From assembly GCA_038087875.1 (NCBI GenBank), contig CM075999.1, forward strand, positions 2,792,001 through 2,856,000: DNA of 64,000 nt, read 5' to 3'. This stretch comes from Malacoraja senta (lineage: Eukaryota). The notes beneath the pieces are model-generated. The model searched no databases. It saw only the letters and a list, made by a program, of their open reading frames with translations, and was not told the origin of the DNA. The position numbers were made by a program, and so were the translations under genes. Shown here in pieces: positions 1-11,138 of this stretch; the stretch's first letter is position 1; each line of letters opens with the position of its first letter.

Positions 1-48
1 CTGACTGGTTAGCACACAACAAAAGCTTTTCACTGTACCTTGGTACAA

Positions 49-246
49 CTACTCACCACCATACAGGCGTCACGTGTCGACATGTCGCGGGGTGACGCCT
101 GTACGGTGGTGAGTCGTCGCCCAAAGAGTCGTACCTTTTTTTGGTCGCCGCTGGATTTTCAACATGTTGAAAATTTTCGGCCACCTGCTGCGACGATGAC
201 GGGTGCCGGCAAGTCGCCGAGAAAATCGGGGTAAGTGGGACAGGCA
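49..246. mobile_element. Fragment of a fourth Harbinger-type MITE family (also ~3922-4062, ~53256-53345 plus ~53781-53840, and related ~2105-2203)
   Basis: Shared GTCGCCGCTGGATTTTCAACATGTTGA...GGCAAGTCGCCG..AAAATCG..TAAGTGGGACAG. Confidence 0.7.
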
Positions 247-698
247 ACTTTACTCTCTTACCTCTCTATTGTATCTGAAAATTCTGCAACTCTTTTTTCT
301 TCGCCTTGTCAGGTATAAATCATAGTTTGAGTTCTCTGCACAGATCTGAGCTGCACACCACTATGTTAATCCTTGCCATCGAAGCCCATATGTACCTCAT
401 CTGTTGCCTGTTCACCGGGTGGCCCAGTGGCACAGCGGGTAGAGTTGCTGCCTCACAGCGCCAGAGACCCAGGTTCGATCCTGACTACGGGCGCTGTCTG
501 TACGGAGTTTGTACGTTCTCCCCGTGACCTGCGTGCTTTCTTCCGGGTGCTCCGGTTTCCTCCCACACTCCAAAGACATGTGGGTTTGTAGGTTAATTTG
601 CTTCGGTAAATCGCCCCTAGTGTGTGAGATGGAACTAGTGTACAGGCGATTGCTGGTTGGCATGGACTCAGAGGGCCGAAGGGCCGACTCCCACACTG

Positions 699-1949
699 CG
701 GGGCCGGCCTTAGGAGGCGCGGGGCCCAATTGGGAACAATTTTGGTGAGCCCCAGGTTCCCAGCCAAGGTCTGTAGAATCATAGAAATATAATTAAAGTC
801 TATTATAGGCTTTATATCTCTATGGTAGAATGGAAAGTAATCAACATGTGCGTTTAAAAAGTGAATGCGAGTTAATGGACCAAATAGATCTAAGCTACAT
901 TTGAATATAAAATTGCATACATGTAAGCCTACAAGTAACGAACAAATTGTGTAGATCACCTCTGAAAAGTACATAGTTACAATACCACTTGTTTTAGTGA
1001 CTGTGAAATGAAAAAAAAAAGTAATTTAATTAAATAGACCCTGGAAAACCAATAACCATTGGTGAAAAACCCGTCCAGGCGTTAAATTTTGGGCTTCAGC
1101 CCCATCCTAACTTAGTTGTGTGTGTTAGTTGTCCGTGCGTGATGTGTGTGTGTTAGTTGTCTGTGTGGTATGTGTGTGTGTAGTTGTCCGTGCGTGATGT
1201 GTGTGTGTTAGTTGTCTGTGTGGTATGTGTGTGTGTTAATTGTCTGTGTGGTATGTGTGTGTGGGAGGGAAGGAGCGAAGGGAGGGAGGGAGAGGAGAGA
1301 GAGAAGGGAGGGAGGGAAGGGAGGGAGGGAGAGGAGAGAGAGAAGGGAGGGAGGGAAGGAGAGGAGGGAGGGAGGACAGAAGGGAGGAGGGAAGTAGAGA
1401 AAGGAGGGAGGGAAGGAGAGAAAGAATGGATGGAGCGAATGAGAGAAGGGAAAAGGGAGAGGAAGGAGGGAGGGAAGGAGAGAAGGGAGGGAGGGAAGAA
1501 GGGAAGGAGAGAAGGGAGGGAGAGGGCCGGCGGCAGGAGCGGATGTTGGGGTCCCGGCGGACGGGAGTGAGCTGAGACCGATGTTTGTAAACGTTGCTCC
1601 AACCCCCCCGGCCCGGCCCTCCGTGTATTGTTCACCGCGTCTCCCCGGGAAGAGAGAGGGGTGGAGCCGGGGCTGCGTGCGTGAAGCACGGCGACTGGAG
1701 GGGCGGGAGCGCTGCCCCGGGACCGTGAGGGAACGACCCACCTCCCCCCCTCCCCCTTCTCCTTTTCCCCTCACACCCCCCTCCCCGTTTACCCCTTTCT
1801 TCCCCCTCTACTCTCTCTCCGCCCCTCTCTTCCCCCTCCACCCGGGTTAGATCTACCCGAGCCGAGAGTAGATTCCTCTGGCGTGGGGCCCCCTTACTCG
1901 CGGGGCCCAATTGGGAGCAATTGGTCCAATCGGCTTAAGGCCGGCCCTG
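699..1949. mobile_element. Non-autonomous hAT-like element carrying GT-rich and GA-rich simple repeats
   Basis: Ends CGGGGCCGGCCTTAGG / CTTAAGGCCGGCCCTG; GCGGGGCCCAATTGGGA repeated near both ends; no TSD found. Confidence 0.6.
1114..1523. repeat. GT-rich then GA-rich low-complexity tract
   Basis: TGTGTGTTAGTTGTC units followed by a GGGA/GAGA-rich purine tract. Confidence 0.9.
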
Positions 1950-3009
1950 TCAACGACTGCATCGGGGCTACCTCCTGCACCCATGCAGGACGCATGGACT
2001 TCATTAACTTCCCTAACTTAGACAATAGACTATAGACAATAGGTGCAGGAGTAGGCCATTCGGCCCTTCGAGACAGCACCGCCATTCAATGTGATCATGG
2101 CTGAGTGTCGCAACATTTGTTTTGTCGCCGCTGGATTTTGAAACGTTCAAATCTTTTGGCGACACTGACATGAGGCCGGCAGTCGCCGAAAAAAATCGGC
2201 ATGTGTTGTGGCTGTAACAATGTATTGTGATCTCGATTACAGCTCGACACTACTGCATACCCAGAGGATCGTTCTTCAGCTGAGAGAGATGCTGGGGAGA
2301 AGCGGTCGTGGTGATCTCTTTGTACATACGGGCTGAGTTTAGTTCAAGATCTGAGCGAGGTGCTGTCAGAAGGTGAAGCTGCAACGAAGATCGATCGTTG
2401 GGATACTCCGGCAAGAAGACTTGTTCAACGTACGGACACCCATTTATTCTCCCTCTCCCACAGACTCCTTAACCAAGAATAAAGACTCCGACATTACAAG
2501 TTTGCAATTTTTATCTTAATTCAATTCAAGATAGACTGGAGTAATTCAGCAGACGGAAAGAATAGGTGATGTTTCGAGTCAAGACCCTTCTTCAGAACCG
2601 AAATGTCACCCGTTCCTTCTCTCCAGTGATGCTGCATGTCCCGCTGAGTTACTCCAGCATCTTGTGTCTATCTTTGGTGTAAACCAGCGACTGTGGTTCC
2701 TTCTTACTTAATTCAATTCAGCCTTAGTTAGGTCCTTTGTTTTTTTCGCTATTTGTTTTCGTGGTGAAGGATCTCGCAGTGATTAAAGAAACAAACTTAC
2801 ACGGGATCTTTTATAAGATTTTATTCTTTGAAGTTTCTTTCATCAATTTCACGCCGACAACATTTGGAAGTCCAGCATTTGTTCCACAGATGCTGCCTGG
2901 CCTGATGAATTCCTCCAGCAATTGGTGTTCTTGTGAGATTGGGTTAATTTAGTGATATATTCAGCACGGACATTGTTGGCTGCATGGGCCTATTCCTGTG
3001 CTGTACTGT

Positions 3010-3567
3010 TCTAACTATATGTTACTAAAACTATCATCGTGTTTGGACGTCTGTCTGTCTGCGTGCGTGCGATCTCAAGGAACTATGCCAAAACGGTACA
3101 CAATAGCACAAACATATTTGCACCACCTTACTCACCATTGACCTGTGGTTGTTTGTATCACGTTTCGTTCAGATTGATGTTATATTTCACAAGTTATCAC
3201 ATTTTTAAGTTTACTAAATCCACTTTGATAATCGCTTCAACACTTCAATGCTGGCAGATGCAGACTACGACGTCACAGTGGGATCTCACAGTCCTCCACC
3301 CGACATTTGCAACAATGTTGACATCATAAGAACACTGAGTCGTGGTCCTGGCAGCAAGTGATTGAACAGGAGGGGGAGGGGGAGGGGCCAGGGGAAGTGC
3401 AATTGGAATTTTTTTTTAAGTCCAGTGCTGGGGGAGGCAGGTGAGTGGTGGAATCCTATGTTGGGGAACGGGTTACGTTGGGAGACCAGGCCTTCCGTCG
3501 GGGCTATGGGTGAGTGGTGGAATATTGCGTTGGGGGAACGGGGCCCAACTGGTCCCACTTGGTCTAG
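3010..3567 (+). mobile_element. Non-autonomous Helitron-like element
   Basis: 5' TCTAACTATATGTTACTAAAA; 3' imperfect hairpin GGGGCCCAACTGGTCCC followed by ACTTGGTCTAG; no TSD. Confidence 0.6.
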
Positions 3568-5444
3568 CGTTCTATATAGTCGAGATGGTGTGCTGTTCTT
3601 TGCGTCTCAAATTCAATTGAACGAATTTGGTAGGCAGAGTGTAGTGAGTAGACACGACTTTTTATCACAACCAACTATGCTCATCTTTCAAGCAGAAAGT
3701 TAAACCACGACCCTCGCGGTGTACAAAATTGCTCAGGAACTATTTAATTCCATTCCTCTAAGGTTACCATTGAAGTACTGATTAATAGTTTAGAGTTGAG
3801 AGTTTCGAACGACAGCATGGAAACAGGCCCTTTGTCCTATTGAGTCAATGGTGACCATCGATCACCCCATTCACTAGTTCTATGTCATCCCATTCTACAC
3901 ACCACGGGTAATTTACAGAAGACACGTGAGTAGTCGCCCAAAGAGGCGTACCTTTTTCTGGTCGCCGCTGGATTTTCAACATGTTGACATTTTTCGGCCA
4001 CCCGCTGCGACTATGACGGGTGCCGGCAAGTCGCCGGAAAAAATCGCGTAAGTGGGACAGCCAACTTTTTAAAGTTAACAAAAAAGTAGTACAACAATCA
4101 CGTCATGGTTCAATCAACTCCGAAGCAAATCCTTTGCTTTCACAGATCGTTTGAATGAAGTTTCAATTTTACCACAGCACAGTGTGATTAAAGACGCTGA
4201 TGGATAATGAGCTTTAAGCAGCTTGGCAGAACCATAATGGCCATTACTAGATAACCCTTCCCTCAATTACATTAGTTGAGTGCTAAAGCTAAGCCAATAT
4301 TGATTGATAAAGAACTGAAGTCGCGATTTGCTATTTATACTGAACAAAGCTATCAAGCCACAGGGGATAAAAAATGCCCTTTTCCAAACTGACAAAGCAC
4401 TTTTAGCTCCGTCATCACTTCTTAACAACAATGAAATAAGTTAAAAGAAAGTCTGGTACTGTATGCGATGTGAACATTTAATTAATGGGATTCTTGGACC
4501 AGTAAATGAAAAATAAAATGTATAAATGATTTACCACGGGGTTAATTTGAGTGGAACTAAATTTAATTCACAATTAACTCTATAAAGCACAATAACTGGG
4601 CAGCACGGTGGCACAGCGGTGGAGTTGCTGCCTCACAGTGCCAGAGACCCGGGTTCAATCCTGACTACAGGTGTTGTCTGTACGGAGTTTGTACGTTCTT
4701 CCCGTGACCTCGTGGGTTTCCTCCGGGTGCTCCGGCTTCCTCCCGTGCTCCAAAGTTGTTCGGGTTTGTGGGTTAATTGGCTTCTGTAAATTTCCCCGAG
4801 TGTGTGTTGGATAGAACTGGTGTGCGGGCGATCGTTGGTCAGTGTGGACTTGGTGGGCTGAAGGGCCTGTTTCCACACTAGATCTCTGTTCTCCCACTTT
4901 CTCACCTATCCCTACACACTAGGGAGTGTGAACAAAATCATGAGAGGAAGAGATCAGGTAAATGCACAGTCTTTTACCCAGAGTAGGGGAATCGAGAACC
5001 AGAGGACATAGGTAGGTTTAATGTGAGGATGGATAGATTCAACAGCAACTTGAGAGGTACCTATTTTACACAGATGGTGGCGGGTGTATGGAACAAGCTC
5101 AACAAGAGGTAGTTGAGGCAGGAACTATCGCAAACGTTTATCCAACATTTAGACAGGTGCAAGGATAGGATAAGGTTAGAGGGAAATGGGCTAATAGCTG
5201 GCGGGTGGGCAGAGTGTAGATGAGGCATGTTGGTCGGCATGGGCAGGTCGGGCTGAAGGGCCTGTTTCAACGCTGCATGACTCTATGACGAGGGGCAGTT
5301 TACAGAAGTCAATTAACCCACAAACCCGCCCGTCTTTGGGATTTGGGAGAAAACTGGAGGAAACCCACACGGTCACTGGGAGGACGTGCAAACCCCACAC
5401 AGACAGCACCCGAGGGCAGGATCGAACCGGGATTTCCGGTGCTG

Positions 5445-5611
5445 GCTTCTTCTTATCGAGTCCACACTCAAGATTAGAAGTTGTTCAGCCAGAGCTGAGC
5501 GCACTTCTCGGCATCTGCGTACAATGGCGCCTGTCTTGTCGCTTCTCGTGCGTGGTGGTGGAAAGGTCGGTGGAAACAGGGCCGCGACGTGAACGCTCTT
5601 TCCTTGACCCC
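5445..5611 (-). mobile_element. 167-bp non-autonomous retroelement (Vingi/Ingi-like) inserted in a SINE, 11-bp TSD
   Basis: Perfect TSD TTCCGGTGCTG (5434-5444 and 5612-5622). Minus strand starts GGGGTCAAGGAAAGAGC and ends GGACTCGATAAGAAGAAG, with a residual C-terminal-like frame ADAEKCAQLWLNNF*. Confidence 0.75.
5560..5611 (-). ncRNA. Candidate minimal HDV-like self-cleaving ribozyme (no P4)
   Basis: Hand fold: P1 GGGGUC/GGCCCU (G1-U wobble), P2 GGAAAG/CUUUCC, P3 GCG/CGC, 7-nt L3 UUCACGU, J4/2 CCGA. G1 is the first base after the TSD. Confidence 0.6.
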
Positions 5612-7143
5612 TTCCGGTGCTGTGAGGCAGCGGCTCTAGAATGTATCTCAAAGACAGAAGGGAAATTCGAAGGCAAAGCGGCAAGTGGGTTAGGCTGTCA
5701 ATACAGTGATGCCCAGGATAGAGAACAGAAATACAACATCTGTCATCACTGGCAGCAGAGCATTGCATGCGACTCTGTCGTCCGATAGTTTCTCACTGAT
5801 TACCTGCAGCTTATTATCTGTGTTTATGAATGTCTAACCTCCAGCAGATAAGAGAGCTCGTGCTGATGTGGATGCACACGATAGAGGATTTACTGTAAAA
5901 CTTCAAACAATTCTTATCCGAGTGCAGCGCAGGGCGCTTTGATCTCTGGTTTGAAACGTATTCTTGTTTGCTAATGGAAGCATGCCTTTAGTTTAGTTTA
6001 GTTTAGAGATACAGCGCAGAAACAGGCCATCCACGCCGACCAGCGATCACCCCGTACACTAGCACTATCCTACACACACACACTAGGGACAATTTATAAT
6101 TTTACCGGAGCCAATTAACCTACACACCTGTACGTGTTTGGAGTGTGGGAGGAAACGGGAGCACCCGGAGAAAACCCACGCAGGTCACGGGGAGAAGGTA
6201 GAAACTCTGCACAGACAGCACCCGTAGTCAGGATCGAACCTGGATCACTGGCGCTGTGAGGCAGCAACTCTACTGCCTTTCTTAGCCATTTTACTAATTC
6301 ATGCAAACTTTACCCTGAAGTTAGACACATAAGGCTGGAGTAACTCAGCGGGTCAGGCAGAGAAGGAATAGGTGACGTTTCGGGTCGAGACCCTTCCTCA
6401 AACGTCACCCCTCTGGGCTCATAGTAATTCTGTGCTTTTCTTGGGAATTTGCTGGCCATGTCCCTTCTTGTTGCACTGATCAAGATCTTTCTTATCAATG
6501 AAGTGGTTTAAACCAGCATCTGCACTTCCTTCCGGCACATCTTTCTTATCAACGGCAGACTCAGAATGCTGGAGTAACTCAACTAGTCAAACAACATCTC
6601 TGGAGAGAAAGGGTGGGGGATGTAAAATGTGGAACTAGTGGGATGACTAGGGTGGGAGAGAGGGGGAATACAAGGGTGGGGTGTAAGCTGCCCAAGCAAA
6701 ATATGAGATGTTGTTCCCCAGCACTCTGTATCCTTTCATTATCATCTCTTCCCCAGCCAACAATGGACCATTGTGGGCTCCACCCTTCCTTGGTCACCTT
6801 TTGCCGGCCCTGATCTGTGTTGCTCTTTTCCTACCTCCTGTTCTCCCCCTTTCTACTTTCACTCTGAAGAAGGGTCTCTGAAGACCTGAAACGTCACCTA
6901 TTCCTTTTCGTCCAGAGATGCTGCCTTGACCCGCTGAGTTACTCCAGCACACTGTGTTTACCTTCGGTGTAAAGCTGCATCTGCAGTTCCTTCCTACACA
7001 TCATGGATAGGACATTAATGGAATGTGGAGAAGGGTCCCGACGCAAAACGTCACCTGTCCATGTTCTCCTGACCCACTGAGTTACTCCAGCACTTTGCAT
7101 CTTTTTCTATGACGCTTGCATTCCTTTATCACTAATTGGATAA

Positions 7144-7292
7144 CTTCTCCGTGGATTGTGTGTTACCTTGTCGTGGTGGAGAAGCTCGTGTGGACCTGAG
7201 ATCCTGAGAGCGATGCCGTCTGGAGCTATGCTCCTGGTAGGGCCACCCATGGCGGTAAGGTCGAGGGGGAGATTTCTGACAAAGAGCAATCC
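7144..7292 (+). ncRNA. Candidate HDV-like ribozyme with long P4 (RTE 5' end)
   Basis: P1 CUUCUCC (7144-50)/GGAGAAG (7178-84), P3 ACC/GGU around the 7-nt loop UUGUCGU, P2 GGAUUG (7153-58)/CAAUCC (7287-92), preceded by GACAAA. Confidence 0.5.
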
Positions 7293-7580
7293 AACCAAGA
7301 CCTCAACGGTGGAACAGGCGGAGGACGATGGCTGACCTTAGTGGAGCGTCACAACGGCTGGGAAGGCGGATGAAGGCTGCAGCAGAAAAGGGTCTCCGGT
7401 CGTCTTGGACTCCATGCCACTGGATCCTGACCCAGATCTGTCAAGGACCGTGGGGTTGCTGTCTGTGCACCAGTCTCCCCACGTTAAACAAAGTCACGAC
7501 CTCCATATAGGGAATAGCACCCTGGAGACACCCCTGGTCAGCCATGACCGAAGGGGGCCTAAGAAGAAGAAGAAAAAGAG
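7144..7580 (+). mobile_element. RTE (Expander/Rex3-like) derived non-autonomous element: 5'UTR plus (AAG)n tail, no ORF
   Basis: ACCTTGTCGTGGTGGAG...GATCCTGAGAGC.ATG...CCTGGTAGGGCCACCCATGGC...GACAAAGAGC resembles RTE 5'UTRs as I recall them; ends CCTAAGAAGAAGAAG; degenerate TSD aattggataa/aattaaataa. Confidence 0.65.
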
Positions 7581-8491
7581 AATTAAATAAACACTGCAAG
7601 AGCTATTATCACCCAATGGTTTGTAAATAGGATCACAACATTTTTAGAACACGTGTTTTTCAGCGTGAAAGACATATTCTGGTAATGCTGGCAACTCCAA
7701 TACATGTTCTCCCGAAATCTAGATTTTACTTGTGTAAGATATGATTTGACCAGATAGCATGCAAACAAATCTACCTGGATACAGGAACATATCCATAACA
7801 AACTAATACCAATAGTAGGATGGACCATAAAGACTGCCCATGGCCATCTGAAGATACAGAAGCTTGAAAGCGCGCACCACCAGACTCAGGAACAGCTTCT
7901 TCCCCTCTGTTATCAGGCTTCTGAACGGTCCTTCCATAAGGTAGACAAAAATGCTGGACAAACGCAGCGGGTGAGGCAGCAGCTATGGAGCAAAGGAATA
8001 GGTGACATTTCGGGTCGAGACCCTTCTTCATAAGATAGGGTACTGTCCGATTCACCTCCACCCCATTGTGGACATTGGACTTTGTCTAAAGAATTGATGG
8101 GCTACAATGCTGAGAGCGATATTAGAGTCATAGAGTCATACAGCACGGAAACAGGCCCTTCTGCCCAACTTGCCCATGCTGGCCAACATGTCCCATCTAC
8201 TCTAGTCCCACCTGCCTGCATTTGGCCCATATCCCTCCAAACCTGTCCTATCCACGTACCTGTCTAATTGTTTCTTAAACATGGCGCCAATATTCTACAC
8301 ACTGCATCAATCGTATGATTTAACTGGATAGCACAAACCAATTTTTTCATGACAATAACATAAAATTGGGTTCAAAATTAAAATAAGCTTATTTTCACCA
8401 ATTTCATGTTCTGACACAGTTATTCCCATTTCAGGACACCCCTGCACGAATTCAGATAATGTGTGCCATGTTTTACATGGTCAGAGCCTAA

Positions 8492-8822
8492 AACTCCTGT
8501 CCCACGGTACGAGTTCATTCCAAGAGCTCTCCCGAGTTTGCCCTGATTCGAACTCGGAGATTTACGGTAATGGCCGCTCGTCGGTACTGGGGGCTCTCGT
8601 GGACATTTTTCATCATGTTGAAAAATCTTCACAAGTCTTCCCGTGCTTACCTGCCGTTAGCGAGTCTTCCCGAGTACCTGCCGTTAGCGTTACGAGCCGC
8701 TAAGAGACGTACCCGAGCTCCGACGTACCCGCTACGTTCATTCTCCGTGCTTACCCACGAGTTTGATTTTTTTTAAACTCGGGAGAGCTCTTGGAATGAA
8801 CTCGTACCGTGGGACAGGGCTA
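8492..8822. mobile_element. PIF/Harbinger-type MITE
   Basis: 44-bp perfect inverted repeat CCTGTCCCACGGTACGAG...CCGAGTTT; TAA on both flanks. Confidence 0.85.
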
Positions 8823-9460
8823 TAAAGCTTAAGAATAGGGCACAGCGGTAGAGTTGCTGCCTCACAGCGCCAGAGACCCGGGTTCAATCCTGACTACGGG
8901 TGCCGTGTGTACGGAGTTTGTACGTTCTCCCCGTGACCAACGTGGGTTTTCCCCGGGTGCTCCGGTTTCCTCCCACACTCTAAAGACGTGCAGGTTTGTA
9001 GGTTAATTGACTTCGTAAAACTGTAAATCGGCCCTAGTGTGTGTAGGATAGTGTTAGAGTCGGGGTGATCGCTGGTCGGCACGGACTCGGTGGGCCGAAG
9101 GGCCTATTTCCATAGATTCACATCTCTCTGGGTGAAAACGTTTTTCCTCATCTCAGTCCTAAATACCCCTTAGTCTTAAACTATGACCCCTGGTTCTGGA
9201 CTCCCCCAACATCGGGAACATTTTTCCTGCATCTAGCCTGTCCAATCCCTTAAGAATTTTATATGTTTCTATAAGATCTCCTCTCACCCTTCTCAATTCC
9301 AGTGAACTAACCCAAAACATCCTGACCCAAAACATCTCCTGTCCGTTCTCTCCAGGGATGCTGCCTGACCCATTAAGTTACCCCAGCACTAATATCTTAA
9401 AATGAGAAACCAGTCACTTCACATCGGGTCTGGAAGCCCGTAAGCACCGACATGATCATC

Positions 9461-9942
9461 GATGTATGTTACTGCTTCAACATGTATGTTACTGCTTCAA
9501 CATGCATGTTACTGCTTCAACATGTGTGTTACTGCTTCAACATGTGTGTTACTGCTTCAACATGTATGTTACTGTTTCAACATGTATGTTACTGCGTCAA
9601 CATGTATGTTACTGCTTTAACGTGTATGTTACTGCTTCAACGTGTATGTTACTGCTTCAACGTGTATGTTACGGCTTCAACGTGTATGTTACTGCTTCAA
9701 CATGTATGTTACTGCTTCAACATGTATGTTACAGCTTCAACATGTATGTTACAGTTTCAACATGTATGTTACTGCTTCAACGTGTATGTTACTGCTTCAA
9801 CGTGTATGTTACAGCTTCAACATGCATGTTACAGCTTCAACATGTATGTTACTGCTTCAACATGTATGTTACTGCTTCAATGTGTATGTTACTGCTTCAA
9901 CATGTATGTTACAGCTTCAACATGTATGTTACTGCTTCAACA
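9461..9942. repeat. 20-bp minisatellite, 24 units
   Basis: (CATGTATGTTACTGCTTCAA)n with scattered substitutions and no indels. Confidence 0.98.
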
Positions 9943-11138
9943 AGACTTCTCTGGTGCTAGAAACTTTACAAGAACATTCTAGTCTGTGACCCACCTCCTT
10001 CAGCATCCACCCTGTGACCTGAGGCATGTGCGTCATCATGACCCATAAAGACATGGCCACCTGAAGCACAGCTGCAGGTTAACAGAGAGCTCGTAACCCT
10101 GTGGGCTTTCATCACTGCTCACGTCTGCTTCATGCATGCACGAGCTGCAGCTGCAGATCCAATTTCCCCGTCGCAAATAAATAAATTCCTTTGAGTTTAT
10201 TGTCACGTGTGCTGAGGTACACTGGGCTGTAAGCTGCCCAGGCGACACGTGAGCGAAGTCTATCTCCGACTCTGTGGACAAGGCATTAAACTGAAGTTAA
10301 TCTGTAATTCATCGCGTGGCCATTAATGTTAATGAAGCACAATCTACTCTCCTAAATAGCCGTAATGTTCACTGACAGGATGGTCCATAAAAGTCTGCAA
10401 ACACACACACATTCTACTGCAGAAAGAAGGGCAAGGGCAACTCTGTTTAAAAGACAATAAAGGCGCTGAATCACGGTGGCGACCATATGCTGTGTCATTT
10501 ATTAGCCACATCTGGCAACCCGTTTGTGGTGATAGGTTGCAACTACCCCTTCCCATTGCACCACATGCTCTCATTGTAAAGTTTCTTCAATGTTTTTAAT
10601 TCCAAACACTTGTACTAACTTAATACCACATTTCCCCGATATAAGGTGGTGGGGCGGCACGGTGGCGCAGCGGCAGAGTTGCTGCCTCACAGCGCCAAAG
10701 ATCTGGGTTCAATCCTGACTACGGGTGCTGTCTGTACGTTCTTCCCGTGATCGGCGTGGGTTTCCAGGTTACTCCAGGTTAGAAACATAGAAACATAGAA
10801 AAATAGGTGCAGGAGTAGGCCATTTGGCCCTTCGAGCCAGCACCACCATTCAATATGATCATGGCTGATCATCTAAAATCAGTATCCTGCTTTTCCCCCC
10901 CTATCCCTTGATTCCTTTAGCCCCAAGAGCTAAATCTAACTCTCTCTTGAAAACATCCAGTGAATTGGCCTCCTCCCACACTGCAAAGGCGTGCAGGTTT
11001 GTAGGTTAATTGGCTTCTGTAAATTGTCCTCAGTGTGAAGGATAGAGCTAGTGAACGGGTGATTATTGGTCGGCATGGACTCGGTGGGCTGAAGGGCCTT
11101 CACCATGCTATAGCTCTAAACTAAACTAGGACTGAATT

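Noticed and set aside
1153..1774. Long Pro/Ser- or Gly/Glu/Arg-rich ORFs
   Set aside because: Translations of simple repeats inside a DNA-transposon-like element.
9452..9989. Cys-rich ORFs; CRISPR-like periodicity
   Set aside because: Pure 20-bp tandem repeat with no spacers, in a eukaryotic context.
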